Source: an uncultured Candidatus Saccharibacteria bacterium
Lineage (GTDB): Bacteria > Patescibacteriota > Andersenbacteria > UBA10190
Direction: 5' to 3'
Length of the DNA: 64,000 bases
NCBI GenBank assembly: GCA_964371255.1
Contig: CAYJKV010000003.1
Span: 8,458-72,457 of the forward strand
The notes under the pieces: generated by a model
Databases searched by the model: none
Told to the model about the DNA's origin: nothing
What the model saw: only the letters and a program-made list of their open reading frames with translations
Shown: one piece after another, positions 37,752-49,946 of the stretch
How the letters are laid out: each line of letters opens with the position of its first letter
Position numbering within the stretch: position 1 is the stretch's first letter
Translations under genes and position numbers: made by a program

Positions 37752-38651
37752 CTATCTTGACTCTCTCAATCGTCGTATGCGATCTTCCACTGGCGGATGT
37801 GTCGCGAATAAAGTGCTCAGGCTCTTTCCTTTGAATGGATTGGCGATAAAAAGATGAGCCGTGGCATGCCCGGCAGTCTCTAACGGTGGGCCGCTGGAAA
37901 TTTTTTCGAGCGCCCGTGCCAAGCCCTCCGGATAACGGGTTAACAACGAGCCGGCCGAATCAGCCAAATATTCTCGTTGTCGGGAAACCGCCAGTTGAAT
38001 CAACTTCCCGATAATAGGCGATACGATGAGCAGGGTCAGACCCACAACGGCGAGTATCGCCCCCAGTCGATTATCGCTGCGATTATTATCCCGGCCTCTA
38101 AAACCGCCGCCCCAAAAAGAGACCCGCATGAACATGTCCGATAAAATAACCAGAAAGCCGACAAAAATAGCGACCAGAGTGGCAAACCGTATATCATAAT
38201 TTTTTACGTGTCCTAGTTCGTGCGCTATAACACCCTCTAGTTCTGATCGTTCTAATCTCTCTACCAGCCCCCGTGTCACGGCAATGGAGGCATGCTCGGG
38301 GTCTCGGCCCGTGGCGAAGGCGTTGAGAGCAGGGGAGTCAATGTAATATAACTTCGGCTTGGGCAGTCCCGCCGTTATCGCCAGATTCTCAACCATTCTG
38401 TTTAATTCAGGCGCCGCGTCCGGCGGCAGATTTACCGCGCGATTGGTGGCCAAAGCAATTTTATCTCCGGAGTAATAACCGATTAAGGATGAAGGGATGG
38501 CAAAAATGGCAGCGATAATTGGCAACACAAAATCCCCGCGTACATAGAACGAATACAAACCAACTACCCCGATTACGAGTCCTAACACTAATGTGATCAG
38601 AATAATCGAAGCCCGCTTATTGGCTTCAATTTGTTTATATAAATTGGGCAT
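37752..38651 (-). CDS. htpX: M48 zinc metalloprotease HtpX
   Basis: NAFATG, AHELGH, SRQREYLAD and THPP motifs. Confidence 0.93.
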   Translation of the reverse strand: MPNLYKQIEANKRASIILITLVLGLVIGVVGLYSFYVRGDFVLPIIAAIFAIPSSLIGYYSGDKIALATNRAVNLPPDAAPELNRMVENLAITAGLPKPKLYYIDSPALNAFATGRDPEHASIAVTRGLVERLERSELEGVIAHELGHVKNYDIRFATLVAIFVGFLVILSDMFMRVSFWGGGFRGRDNNRSDNRLGAILAVVGLTLLIVSPIIGKLIQLAVSRQREYLADSAGSLLTRYPEGLARALEKISSGPPLETAGHATAHLFIANPFKGKSLSTLFATHPPVEDRIRRLRESR

Positions 38652-38771
38652 AATTTTAGCGTAAAGTTTAAAATGAAAAACGCAAACCAACAGTTCAAAA
38701 CTAAAATCAACACACCAATCAACTATACTTTACACTTTTGGTTATTGTTTTGCGCTTTTCGTTTTACGCTT

Positions 38772-39335
38772 TTATTTTGTATTGCCAAATTCCACTTTCG
38801 GTAGTTCTTTCTCGCTTTCGTCAGCGGCAAAAAATTCTTCGGCTTTGAATTTGAACAAGCTGGCAATAATATTTTTCGGCACTTGCTGGATGGCCGTATT
38901 GTAATCCTTCACGTTAGTGTTGTAGAACCGGCGGGCCGCCTGGATTTTGTTTTCTGTATCCGACAATTCCCTTTGCAATTCCAGGAAATTTGCATTGGCC
39001 TTCAAGTCCGGATAGGCTTCGGCCACCGCGAACAAACTTTTCAATGTCGATGACAACATATTTTCTGCCTTGGCTTGTTCCTCTGGCGTTGTTGCACCCA
39101 TGGCCTGGGCCCGTGCTTGCGTCACGTTTTCAAATGCTTCTCTTTCGTGCGTGGCGTAGCCCTTGACTGTCTCTACCAAATTTGGAATTAAGTTATACCG
39201 TCGCTTTAACTGGACATCAATGTCGCTCCACGCTTCTTTGACTTGATTGCGCTGTCGAATCAAGGCGTTATAAACCAACAACGCGTAAGCGGCTACGGCG
39301 ATAACAATTATTAGTAACCAAGTTCCCAAACTCAT
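38772..39335 (-). CDS. lemA: LemA family protein
   Basis: [20 protein letters not shown] and EAYPDLKAN motifs. Confidence 0.96.
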   Translation of the reverse strand: MSLGTWLLIIVIAVAAYALLVYNALIRQRNQVKEAWSDIDVQLKRRYNLIPNLVETVKGYATHEREAFENVTQARAQAMGATTPEEQAKAENMLSSTLKSLFAVAEAYPDLKANANFLELQRELSDTENKIQAARRFYNTNVKDYNTAIQQVPKNIIASLFKFKAEEFFAADESEKELPKVEFGNTK

Positions 39336-39408
39336 ATCACTTCTTATGGTAAAATAAATGCATTAATAATTCAACTCCTTCTTAATCTTCCATTACCAGG
39401 TTCACTTA

Positions 39409-40446
39409 TTGTCTATGGTCGCTTTTCACGGACAACCTCGCTCATTTCTCGGCATCAATCTAACCTCTACTCAGGTCAGTGTAGTGGAATTGATCAATCG
39501 GGGTCCGCGCATTGAGTTAGCCACTTATGCGTTAGCGGACTTACCCCCGGCTGCTCAGCCTGCCATTAACACGCATGACCCGCAGGCCACACAGCAGCTG
39601 GTCGCTTTTCTGGAACAGGTTTTTGAACAGGCGGCCTTATCCAGTGATGCGGCGATCTTCTCTTTATTTAGTCCCCATATTTTTTCCACCATTATGGAGT
39701 TTCCTGATATCGCAGACCAGGAACTCGCATCCGCCATCTATTCTAAAGCGCGTGACCTAGTACCAGCCGATCTTAACAATATGGTCATTACCGCCACCCG
39801 GCCGAATGAACATAAGCACCATGTGCCATGGCAGCAGCCGCAGCCCGCCACTGTCGTCTTATCACCCGCGCCAGCTATTGAGGCACCCGGCACCGGCACT
39901 GGACGTCCTGTGGCCGCCAGTAACTCTCGTTACCTTATTCATGCCATTCCTTTACCGACTCTCACCTGGTATCGGGAACTGGCCCGCGCTCTTCATCTAG
40001 AGCTCATCGCGCTGGAAGAAAATGTTTTTCCCATATCCCGCATCCACCCCGTCACAAATTCACATTGTACTTTCTTTATTCACACGGACAATAACATGGT
40101 CAATGTCTACGCGGCCAATCGTCAGTCTGCTTATTTAACCCGGACCATCGATTATAATAATCAAAAGCCTGACCCGACCAGTCTAGCGGACGAAATTGAG
40201 CGCACCATTGCTCGTCACGTACAGACTGGTTTTCCTGCCCCCTCCCAAGTGTATCTGCTCGGACGCGGTGCAAACCTCTCATCTTTACAGCAGGTTTTAT
40301 CCAGCGCCCTCTCCTGCCCGGTTAACATCAGCCAGCCGTTTAGCGGTCTGGCTTATCCGCAGGGAATTGAACAGAGCCTGTCTGTTCAAGGCCCGGCTTT
40401 TACGGTCGCCGTCGGTTTGGCCGAGCGCCAAATCAATATCATGTAG
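39409..40446 (+). CDS. pilM: PilM-like pilus assembly protein (divergent)
   Basis: FLGINL..VVEL, VYLLGRGANL and TVAVGLA; first gene of the pil cluster. Confidence 0.65.
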   Translation: MSMVAFHGQPRSFLGINLTSTQVSVVELINRGPRIELATYALADLPPAAQPAINTHDPQATQQLVAFLEQVFEQAALSSDAAIFSLFSPHIFSTIMEFPDIADQELASAIYSKARDLVPADLNNMVITATRPNEHKHHVPWQQPQPATVVLSPAPAIEAPGTGTGRPVAASNSRYLIHAIPLPTLTWYRELARALHLELIALEENVFPISRIHPVTNSHCTFFIHTDNNMVNVYAANRQSAYLTRTIDYNNQKPDPTSLADEIERTIARHVQTGFPAPSQVYLLGRGANLSSLQQVLSSALSCPVNISQPFSGLAYPQGIEQSLSVQGPAFTVAVGLAERQINIM

Positions 40447-40479
40447 TATAATAACTGTATTCACCCTTATCCTTCCTTT

Positions 40480-42210
40480 TTGACTGTGGCTAATCCTAAA
40501 AATTCCTTAGAAAACTTGCTCTTGGAACACGGTTTACTTAAGCCGAATCAGTTGGAGTATGTGCAAGATAAAGCTCAAAGCCAAAAACAATCGATCACAG
40601 ATATCATTCGCGCTGAACAGTTAGTCTATCCAGAACCATTAGCGCAACTGACCGCCGAGTCCTTAGGTCTGCCTTATGTTGATTTACAATCCGTTCAGGT
40701 CGACCCCTCCGCCATGGCAGATATTTCCTCTCGCGCTGCCCACACCTATCGCTTCCTGGCTTTCGGCCAGACTGCCGATAAGCTGCAAGTGGCCCTGGCC
40801 GATCCAGCCGATTACCAGGCGCTGGAAGCGGTGCGCTTTATCGCTAAAAAACAAAATCGCAACCTAGAATTATACTGCGCCTCTGCGGAGGGGATTGAAC
40901 AAGTGTCCTCGCCTGAGCCGCGGCCAAATATTAATCAAGCCCTGCGAGATTTCGGCAAGGATATTCAGCAATCTTCCCGTTTGCCGGAAGACGAAACTAA
41001 ACTGCAGCAAACATTAGCGGAGGCACCGATCAGTAAGGTTTTTGCTGTCATTATGCGTCACGCCGTTGAAGGCCTGGCCTCTGACGTGCACATCGAACCT
41101 TTTGGCAATGAGTTACGCATTCGTTACCGGATTAACGGGGAACTGCATACTTCACTGCTGCTTTCCCATAACCTCCATCGCTCAATTGTCTCGCGTATAA
41201 AAATGTTAGCGAGTATGCAGGTCAGTTCCTCAAACGTACCGCAGGAAAGCCGCTTCACTTTTGCTTCCGGCCAGCAAGTCTACAGTGTCCGCGTCGCTAT
41301 CATGCCGACCATTCATGGCGAAAAAATCACTTTGCACTTGGTGGATACGACTAAAGCCGCTCCCTCCTTTGCCGAACTAGGTTTTGTGGGCTTGGCTTTG
41401 TCGCAGCTCAAAGAGCAGCTGCAAGACCCCAAGGGATTAATTATTGTGGCTGGACCGGACGGATCAGGAAAATCAACCACCATTAATGCTATTTTAACTT
41501 CGCTCAACGTGCCCTCAACCAGTATCGCGACCGTTGAGGAAACAATTGAATATGAGGTGCCCGGTATTACTCAAACGCAAATCAGCCCCGCCATGGAAAT
41601 TACTTATGAACGGGTGCTGCAAAATTTACTGCGACAAGACGTGGATATTATTATGGTTGAAGAAATCCGTTCGGCTAAAACGGGCCACCTGCTCACCAAG
41701 GGAGCATTGGCCGGCCGCCTGATGTTGTCGACCATTCATGCCCAGGACGCTTTGCGAACCATTCCTCAACTAATTGATTTAGGCATCAGTCCCTATGTTT
41801 TGTCGTCCAGTCTTCGCCTCATCATCGCGCAGCGCCTCGTCCCCAAACTGTGCCAGTTCTGTAAAAAACCAGTGCCCATCCCCAAATCCTTAACCAAAAC
41901 CGTCAGCGAAGAAATCAAACGCCTCCCTACCCAATTCGTCTCCGCGTATTCACTTGCTTCGCCGGCCACCTTCTATGCCAGCGCCGGTTGTCCGAAGTGC
42001 CACGAGCGAAAAACTTTTGGTCAGATCGCTATCTTCGACCTGGTTCGCATCTCCAAAGATCTGGCGCAGGCTATTGCTAACGGCGGAAACTATGAAGAGT
42101 TAACGACTATCGCCAGCAGCGCTGGTCACTTAACGTTAGCCCAGGATGGATTGCTGAAAGCGCTTCAAGGCTTGGTGCGTTATGCCGATGTTGTTCGTGT
42201 GACTGCCTAG
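40480..42210 (+). CDS. pilB: GspE/PilB pilus assembly ATPase
   Basis: ASDVHIEP, GPDGSGKST, LRQDVD, STIHA and CxxC pairs. Confidence 0.88.
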   Translation: MTVANPKNSLENLLLEHGLLKPNQLEYVQDKAQSQKQSITDIIRAEQLVYPEPLAQLTAESLGLPYVDLQSVQVDPSAMADISSRAAHTYRFLAFGQTADKLQVALADPADYQALEAVRFIAKKQNRNLELYCASAEGIEQVSSPEPRPNINQALRDFGKDIQQSSRLPEDETKLQQTLAEAPISKVFAVIMRHAVEGLASDVHIEPFGNELRIRYRINGELHTSLLLSHNLHRSIVSRIKMLASMQVSSSNVPQESRFTFASGQQVYSVRVAIMPTIHGEKITLHLVDTTKAAPSFAELGFVGLALSQLKEQLQDPKGLIIVAGPDGSGKSTTINAILTSLNVPSTSIATVEETIEYEVPGITQTQISPAMEITYERVLQNLLRQDVDIIMVEEIRSAKTGHLLTKGALAGRLMLSTIHAQDALRTIPQLIDLGISPYVLSSSLRLIIAQRLVPKLCQFCKKPVPIPKSLTKTVSEEIKRLPTQFVSAYSLASPATFYASAGCPKCHERKTFGQIAIFDLVRISKDLAQAIANGGNYEELTTIASSAGHLTLAQDGLLKALQGLVRYADVVRVTA

Positions 42211-42225
42211 GCATATAATACAATC

Positions 42226-42621
42226 ATGACTAAACCAAACACTTCAATTTTATTAGTCGAGGACGATTCCTTCATCTCTGGTATGTACCAGACCAAGCTC
42301 ACTAATCTGGGCTACCAGGTCGAGTTAATCGATGATGGGGAAGCGGCGGCAGTTAGACTAAAACAAGATCCGTTGCCTGACCTTCTATTACTGGATGTCG
42401 TGCTGCCGAAGAAGGATGGCTTTGAAATTTTAGAGGACCTGCGCCAGGAAGAGCGCACGGCCAAACTACCGGTTATCTTACTTACCAACTTAGGCCAGAA
42501 GCCTGATGTCGAACGGGGCATCAAGCTGGGCGCCGACGACTATATTATTAAAGCCCACTACACGCCGACCGAAGTAGTGGAAAAAATTACTAAAGTACTC
42601 TCCGAACGCACCGCCCAATAA
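42226..42621 (+). CDS. single-domain response regulator
   Basis: LLVEDD, LLDVVLP, LTN and YIIKA receiver motifs. Confidence 0.93.
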   Translation: MTKPNTSILLVEDDSFISGMYQTKLTNLGYQVELIDDGEAAAVRLKQDPLPDLLLLDVVLPKKDGFEILEDLRQEERTAKLPVILLTNLGQKPDVERGIKLGADDYIIKAHYTPTEVVEKITKVLSERTAQ

Positions 42622-42662
42622 TGTTTATCTGATGTGCTTTATAAAATAGGAGGCTGGTTCAC

Positions 42663-43721
42663 ATGGATAAATTAAACGACCTTTTAGCCGAAGCCAAAGC
42701 CGCTGGCGCGTCTGATGTACACCTTGCGCCGAATCGCCCGCCGTATTTTCGTGTTGATGGCCAGCTGCTCAAAGCGGCCGACGCCGCCCTCACCGACGAT
42801 CACCTCAAGACGGTGATTGATGTATTGCTTAAAAACAACTCTAAATCACAACAAGAGTTGGACACCAACCAACAGACTGATTGTTCGTATTCTTTACCAG
42901 ACAATACCCGTTTTCGTGTTAACGCATTTTATCGCACTGGACATTTTGCGGTCGCTTTGCGGTTGATCAGTGCCAAGTTAAAAACCATCGAGGAACTTAA
43001 CCTGCCCGGGGGAATTCTTGAGTTTGCCGAGTTGCGCCAGGGTTTTTTACTCGTCACCGGTCCGGCGGGGGAAGGAAAATCAACCACTTTAGCTGCTCTA
43101 GTTAATTACATCAACCAAACGCGCAGCGAACATATTATTACTATCGAAGACCCCATTGAGTATTTATTTACTGAAGTGAAGTCCATTATCGACCAACGCG
43201 AGATCGGCCGTGATGCCGTTTCTTTTCCTGCCGCCATCCGCGCCACCCTCCGCCAGGATCCGGACGTTATTCTGATCGGTGAACTGCGCGACCGAGAATC
43301 TATGCAAACGGCCCTGACCTTGGCGGAAACAGGTCACTTGGTCATGGCCTCTCTCCATACCAACGATGCCGCCCAAACCATCGAACGGATTATCGACATT
43401 TTTCCCGCCAGCCAGCAATCGCAGATCCGTTCGCAATTGGCCGCCTCTTTGTCCGGCGTCATTACGCAGCGGTTAATCCCCACCGGTAAAGGCGGGCGCT
43501 TGCCGGCGGTCGGCATTATGCTGGCGACCACGGCAATCCGCAACGCCATTCGCGAGGACAAAGCTCACCAGATTGAAGGCATGATTCAAACCAGCCAGGA
43601 ATCCGGCATGCAAACATTGGACAAAAGTATTAACGATATGATCGCCGTCAATCTCATCACTAAAGAAGCGGCCCAACCGTATTTAACTCCCGAGATCTCT
43701 TACGCTAAAAATAAAAGTTGA
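42663..43721 (+). CDS. pilT: type IV pilus retraction ATPase
   Basis: GPAGEGKSTT, LRQDPDVILIGELRD, AETGHLV and AIRNAIRE motifs. Confidence 0.93.
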   Translation: MDKLNDLLAEAKAAGASDVHLAPNRPPYFRVDGQLLKAADAALTDDHLKTVIDVLLKNNSKSQQELDTNQQTDCSYSLPDNTRFRVNAFYRTGHFAVALRLISAKLKTIEELNLPGGILEFAELRQGFLLVTGPAGEGKSTTLAALVNYINQTRSEHIITIEDPIEYLFTEVKSIIDQREIGRDAVSFPAAIRATLRQDPDVILIGELRDRESMQTALTLAETGHLVMASLHTNDAAQTIERIIDIFPASQQSQIRSQLAASLSGVITQRLIPTGKGGRLPAVGIMLATTAIRNAIREDKAHQIEGMIQTSQESGMQTLDKSINDMIAVNLITKEAAQPYLTPEISYAKNKS

Positions 43722-43843
43722 TGTCTAAGCCCCCGCGTCTGCTGGTTACGCTTGTTAATTAAAATATTCCAGTATGCTACAATCAACACAGGTCGTATGT
43801 GGATAAAAAACAAGCTAATTTCTTTGAGAGGAGGTGAGGGTAT

Positions 43844-44305
43844 ATGAAGAAGAATAAAGGTTTCACCCTCATTGAGTTACTAGTTGTCATCGCTATTATT
43901 GGTATCTTGGCCGCCTTAGTCTTGGTCGCCCTGGGCAACGCCCGCGACAAAGCCAACGACGCGCGCATTAAAGCTAATATTGGACAGCTGCGCACTTTGG
44001 CTGAAATCATCTACGATGCAGCCGGGTCAAGCTACAACAACGGTACTATTACCGTAGCCGGTTGTTTTGCAGGACCAACGACTGCTAACTGTGGCAACGC
44101 TACTACCGCATCTTCTGTTACTACACTGCGTGCTGATACTGTCGCCGCTAATGCTAGCGCTGCGATCACTTCCACGGATACAGCCTCTGCTTTTTGCGTC
44201 ATGGCAACGATGCTGTCCGGTCAAGAAGTCTGCGTTGACAGTACTGGTGTCACAAGAACAGCTGCAGCTGGCACTTGTGTTGCCGGTGTATGTGCCGGGA
44301 CATAA
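43844..44305 (+). CDS. type IV pilin (likely the major pilin)
   Basis: [18 protein letters not shown]; strong RBS GAGGAGGTGA; followed by a terminator. Confidence 0.92.
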   Translation: MKKNKGFTLIELLVVIAIIGILAALVLVALGNARDKANDARIKANIGQLRTLAEIIYDAAGSSYNNGTITVAGCFAGPTTANCGNATTASSVTTLRADTVAANASAAITSTDTASAFCVMATMLSGQEVCVDSTGVTRTAAAGTCVAGVCAGT

Positions 44306-44328
44306 ACGTAAGTACGTAAGCTAAGAAC

Positions 44329-44363
44329 AAACTAGTCGCCTTCCAATGGCGACTAGTTTTTTT
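44329..44363 (+). terminator. intrinsic terminator
   Basis: AAACTAGTCGCC/GGCGACTAGTTT followed by a T-tract. Confidence 0.85.
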
Positions 44364-44404
44364 AATCTAATTTATCGTGTGTTATAATGTGCTCAATCCA
44401 TCCT

Positions 44405-44860
44405 ATGCCCAGCGGAATAAATCCTTCTACTCACCATAAAACTCACGGCTTCACCCTCATTGAATTGCTGGTAGTCATCGCTATTATCGGTATCCTAGCC
44501 TCGTTGGTTGCTGCGGCCACTATTAGCGCCCGGCACAAAGCGGATGATACCAAAATCAAGAACGATGTTCGACAGGCGCGCTGGTTAGCCGAAATTGTTT
44601 ATAACACCAATAACAACGATTTCACGGACTGGTCGACCAACTCGCAAATCACTGCCGATTTGGATATTTTAGTGGCCGATATTGAGGACGTTCATGATGA
44701 CGCTCACACTGTCACGATTGGTGATACTGATATGCAGACTTTCTGCGTCAGTGCTCCAATGAAAAGTGATGTCAATCAGCATTACTGCATCGATGCCAGC
44801 CGTGAAATTCACATCACAGATAGTCCCTGCGAGGTTGATGCTCCTCACGTGTGTCCTTAA
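44405..44860 (+). CDS. type IV pilin-like protein
   Basis: [18 protein letters not shown] and C-terminal FC...YCID cysteines. Confidence 0.88.
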   Translation: MPSGINPSTHHKTHGFTLIELLVVIAIIGILASLVAAATISARHKADDTKIKNDVRQARWLAEIVYNTNNNDFTDWSTNSQITADLDILVADIEDVHDDAHTVTIGDTDMQTFCVSAPMKSDVNQHYCIDASREIHITDSPCEVDAPHVCP

Positions 44861-45708
44861 TTATTCCAATTAGCGCCATCTTCGGGGCTGCCTTAGGCAG
44901 TTTTTTAAATGTTGTTATCCTGCGCTATCCAACCAGACCGTTAACCGGCCGCTCCCATTGTCCGCGCTGTCATCGCCAGCTCACCGCTTGGGATTTAATC
45001 CCCGTTCTATCCTGGATCATATTACGCGGACAATGTCGGCACTGCCATACGCCAATTTCCATCCAATATCCAGTAGTCGAACTCCTGAGCGCCGTCGCGG
45101 CCGTTCTCCTCACTCGCTCCGCTATTTTTTACCAGGTTAACCCCCTATTAGTCACGCTGGAGTTTTTGGTGGTCCTTACCCTAATGGTCTTATTCGCCAT
45201 CGATCTGCGTACCATGTTGCTGCCCGATACATTCATCTTTATCCTAACCGCCCTTGTGCTCCTGGTTATTTTTTCTCATGTCTTGCCGGTCCTTTCCCTT
45301 CAAAATTACCAACCATCTTTTAGCTCCGATCACAGCTTGTCCTTATTTAATAAAATAAACCTCGAACCACCATCGGCCTTTCGCGCCAGTCTTTATTCTG
45401 CCCTCAGCGGTGCCTTCCTGGGAGCAGGATTACTCTTGCTTCTCTGGCTTCTGACCTCAAAACAGGGGATAGGCTTTGGGGATGTTAAGCTGATGGTTCC
45501 CTTGGGGTTGCTGTTCGGGCCTGTTAATACCATCCTGCTTCTCTTTGTGGCGTTTATCTGCGGCGGTTTTGTTGGCACCTACTTGCTTGTCACCAAACAA
45601 GCCACCCTAAAAACCGCCGTCCCCTTTGGACCATTTTTAGCCGGAGCAGCAATTATATTTATCCTCTTTCCACGCATTCCAACGTATTTGTTGTCGTTGA
45701 TAATATAA
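44851..45708 (+). CDS. pilD: prepilin peptidase
   Basis: GSFLNVVI.R, RSHCPRC, GFGDVKL and VPFGPFL motifs. Confidence 0.93.
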   Translation: MSLIIPISAIFGAALGSFLNVVILRYPTRPLTGRSHCPRCHRQLTAWDLIPVLSWIILRGQCRHCHTPISIQYPVVELLSAVAAVLLTRSAIFYQVNPLLVTLEFLVVLTLMVLFAIDLRTMLLPDTFIFILTALVLLVIFSHVLPVLSLQNYQPSFSSDHSLSLFNKINLEPPSAFRASLYSALSGAFLGAGLLLLLWLLTSKQGIGFGDVKLMVPLGLLFGPVNTILLLFVAFICGGFVGTYLLVTKQATLKTAVPFGPFLAGAAIIFILFPRIPTYLLSLII

Positions 45709-45769
45709 TTACATTAAATCCAAAGACCAACGATGTGATTAATTACGATTCCGCCATTGACTAGACTGA

Positions 45770-47869
<2,100 letters not shown>

Positions 47870-48011
47870 GTAAAAAAAATGTCAAAATCCAATTACAAAT
47901 GAAATCCAAAATCCAAATATTCAAAACTGCTCTTTTCCAAAGCGCCCACTTTAATGATCAAAAGATCAAGCTGATTTTTGACATTTACCATTGATTTAAC
48001 ATTTGGATTTT

Positions 48012-48308
48012 ATGCAATACATTTCTTCCTCTGAAGTAAAACGCATCGCTAGCCTCTCGCGTCTCCAATTATCCAACGCCGATGTTAAACAAGCCACGAA
48101 AGATTTGGGCAACGTGCTGGATCATTTTTCCCAAATACAAGCTATCGACACATCTAACGTCCCCACCTCTGACGACGTCACCGGTTTAAGCAATATTAGC
48201 CGCGTCGATCAGGCCGTGGATGATTTATTGTGTTCCACCCAGTCCTTGCTCGACAATGCGCCGAAGACTTATCAAGGACAATTCAAAGTTAAAGCCATCT
48301 TTTCTTAA
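48012..48308 (+). CDS. gatC: Asp/Glu-tRNA amidotransferase subunit C
   Basis: EVKRIASLSRL...LLDNAP...FKVKAI; lies directly upstream of gatA. Confidence 0.88.
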   Translation: MQYISSSEVKRIASLSRLQLSNADVKQATKDLGNVLDHFSQIQAIDTSNVPTSDDVTGLSNISRVDQAVDDLLCSTQSLLDNAPKTYQGQFKVKAIFS

Positions 48309-48310
48309 TT

Positions 48311-49879
48311 ATGGCTCCTCCACAAACCATTATTGAAGCCGCTAACGCGATCCGTAGCCGTGATATATCTGCTACTGAAATAATCGAGACCTCGTTACGC
48401 AGCATTGAACAATGGGAACCGCATGTGCACGCCTTCTTGGAAATATTTGCCGATACTGCCCGCCAGCAAGCCGCTGCCTTAGACTCCTCAAAACCGGGGA
48501 GTAATCAGCCGCTGGCCGGCATTCCCATTGCCATTAAAGACGTGATTTGTACCACTGAGGGGCACACCACTGCGGGATCAAAAATTCTACAGCACTTTCG
48601 ATCGCCCTACGAAGCCACCGTTATTAAGCGACTCCGTCATGCCGGTGCGATTCTGATGGGCAAAGCCAATCAGGACGAATTTGCCATGGGAGCCAGTAAT
48701 GAATTTTCTGCTTACGGTCCCGCGTATAATCCTTGGGATACCAGCCGTGTTACCGGTGGCAGCAGCGGTGGATCAGCGGCTAGTGTATCTTGCGGTGAAG
48801 TACTGGGCTCACTGGGTACGGACACGGGCGGGTCAGTCCGTCAGCCGGCCAGTTTTTGCAGTGTCGTTGGACTAAAACCTACCTATGGCCGTGTTAGTCG
48901 CTTTGGTGTCGTCGCTTATGCTAGTAGCTTGGATCAAGTCGGCCCCTTCGCCCGTACGGTACAGGACTGTGCTTTGTTGTTCGAGACTATTGCCGGACCG
49001 GACAAGCTCGACGCGACAACTTCTCCGCAGCTGGTTGGTCAATACGTCCAAGCTTGTGGCCGGGACATAAAAGGCCTGCGCGTCGGCTTGCCAGCTGAAT
49101 ATTTTACTAAGGAAGTTGATCCGGCAGTAGTGTCAATCGTTCAGACCGCCATTAAACAGCTAGCCAAATTAGGGGCGGTTATCAAAGAGATATCCTTGCC
49201 TTTAACCAAATATGCCGTTCCGACATATTACGTCATCGTTAAGTCCGAAGCTTCAACCAACCTCGCCAGATTTGATGGTTTGCGCTATGGCCACTTGGCT
49301 GTTGCCGCTAATGATTTACTCGAACAATACTTTGTCGGTCGCGGTAAATATTTTGGGCCAGAAGTCAAACGGTCCATCCTGATGGGCACCTTTACCTTAT
49401 CCTCTGGCTATATTGATGCCTGGTACAAACAAGCCAGTAAAGTTCGGACGTTAATTAGGAATGAATTTAATGAACTGTTTAAGGAGGTAGATGTTATTGC
49501 CGGACCGGTTTCTCCTGAACCGGCTTTCCCGGTCGGGCAGAAAGCCGATGATCCTCTGGCTATGTATCTGGCGGACATGTTAACCGACCCGGCCAGCGTC
49601 GCCGGTCTGCCGGCTATCTCCGTACCCTGCGGCTTCAGTTCGGTTGCCGCTCTGGAAGAGGACAGTCATCCTGTCCAACTGCCGGTTGGTCTTCAACTGA
49701 TCGCCCCCCACTTCATGGAAGAGCGCCTATTCCAGGTTGCCCATGCCTATGAACAGTCCACTGCTTGGCATAAACAAAAACCAGTTTTACCCGCTAGGGT
49801 AAATGGAAACACGAATAAAAAAGCGAAAAGTGTAAAGCGTAAAATGAAAAACAACAGCGTAAAACCTAAAGCACTGTAG
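48311..49879 (+). CDS. gatA: Asp/Glu-tRNA amidotransferase subunit A
   Basis: Amidase signature GGSSGGS, GTDTGGSVRQP and NLARFDG. Confidence 0.96.
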   Translation: MAPPQTIIEAANAIRSRDISATEIIETSLRSIEQWEPHVHAFLEIFADTARQQAAALDSSKPGSNQPLAGIPIAIKDVICTTEGHTTAGSKILQHFRSPYEATVIKRLRHAGAILMGKANQDEFAMGASNEFSAYGPAYNPWDTSRVTGGSSGGSAASVSCGEVLGSLGTDTGGSVRQPASFCSVVGLKPTYGRVSRFGVVAYASSLDQVGPFARTVQDCALLFETIAGPDKLDATTSPQLVGQYVQACGRDIKGLRVGLPAEYFTKEVDPAVVSIVQTAIKQLAKLGAVIKEISLPLTKYAVPTYYVIVKSEASTNLARFDGLRYGHLAVAANDLLEQYFVGRGKYFGPEVKRSILMGTFTLSSGYIDAWYKQASKVRTLIRNEFNELFKEVDVIAGPVSPEPAFPVGQKADDPLAMYLADMLTDPASVAGLPAISVPCGFSSVAALEEDSHPVQLPVGLQLIAPHFMEERLFQVAHAYEQSTAWHKQKPVLPARVNGNTNKKAKSVKRKMKNNSVKPKAL

Positions 49880-49946
49880 TAACACGCTCGGAGTCATTTT
49901 AATTTTTTAGTTGTTGCTTTGCGCTTTTTGCTTTACATTTTGCGAT

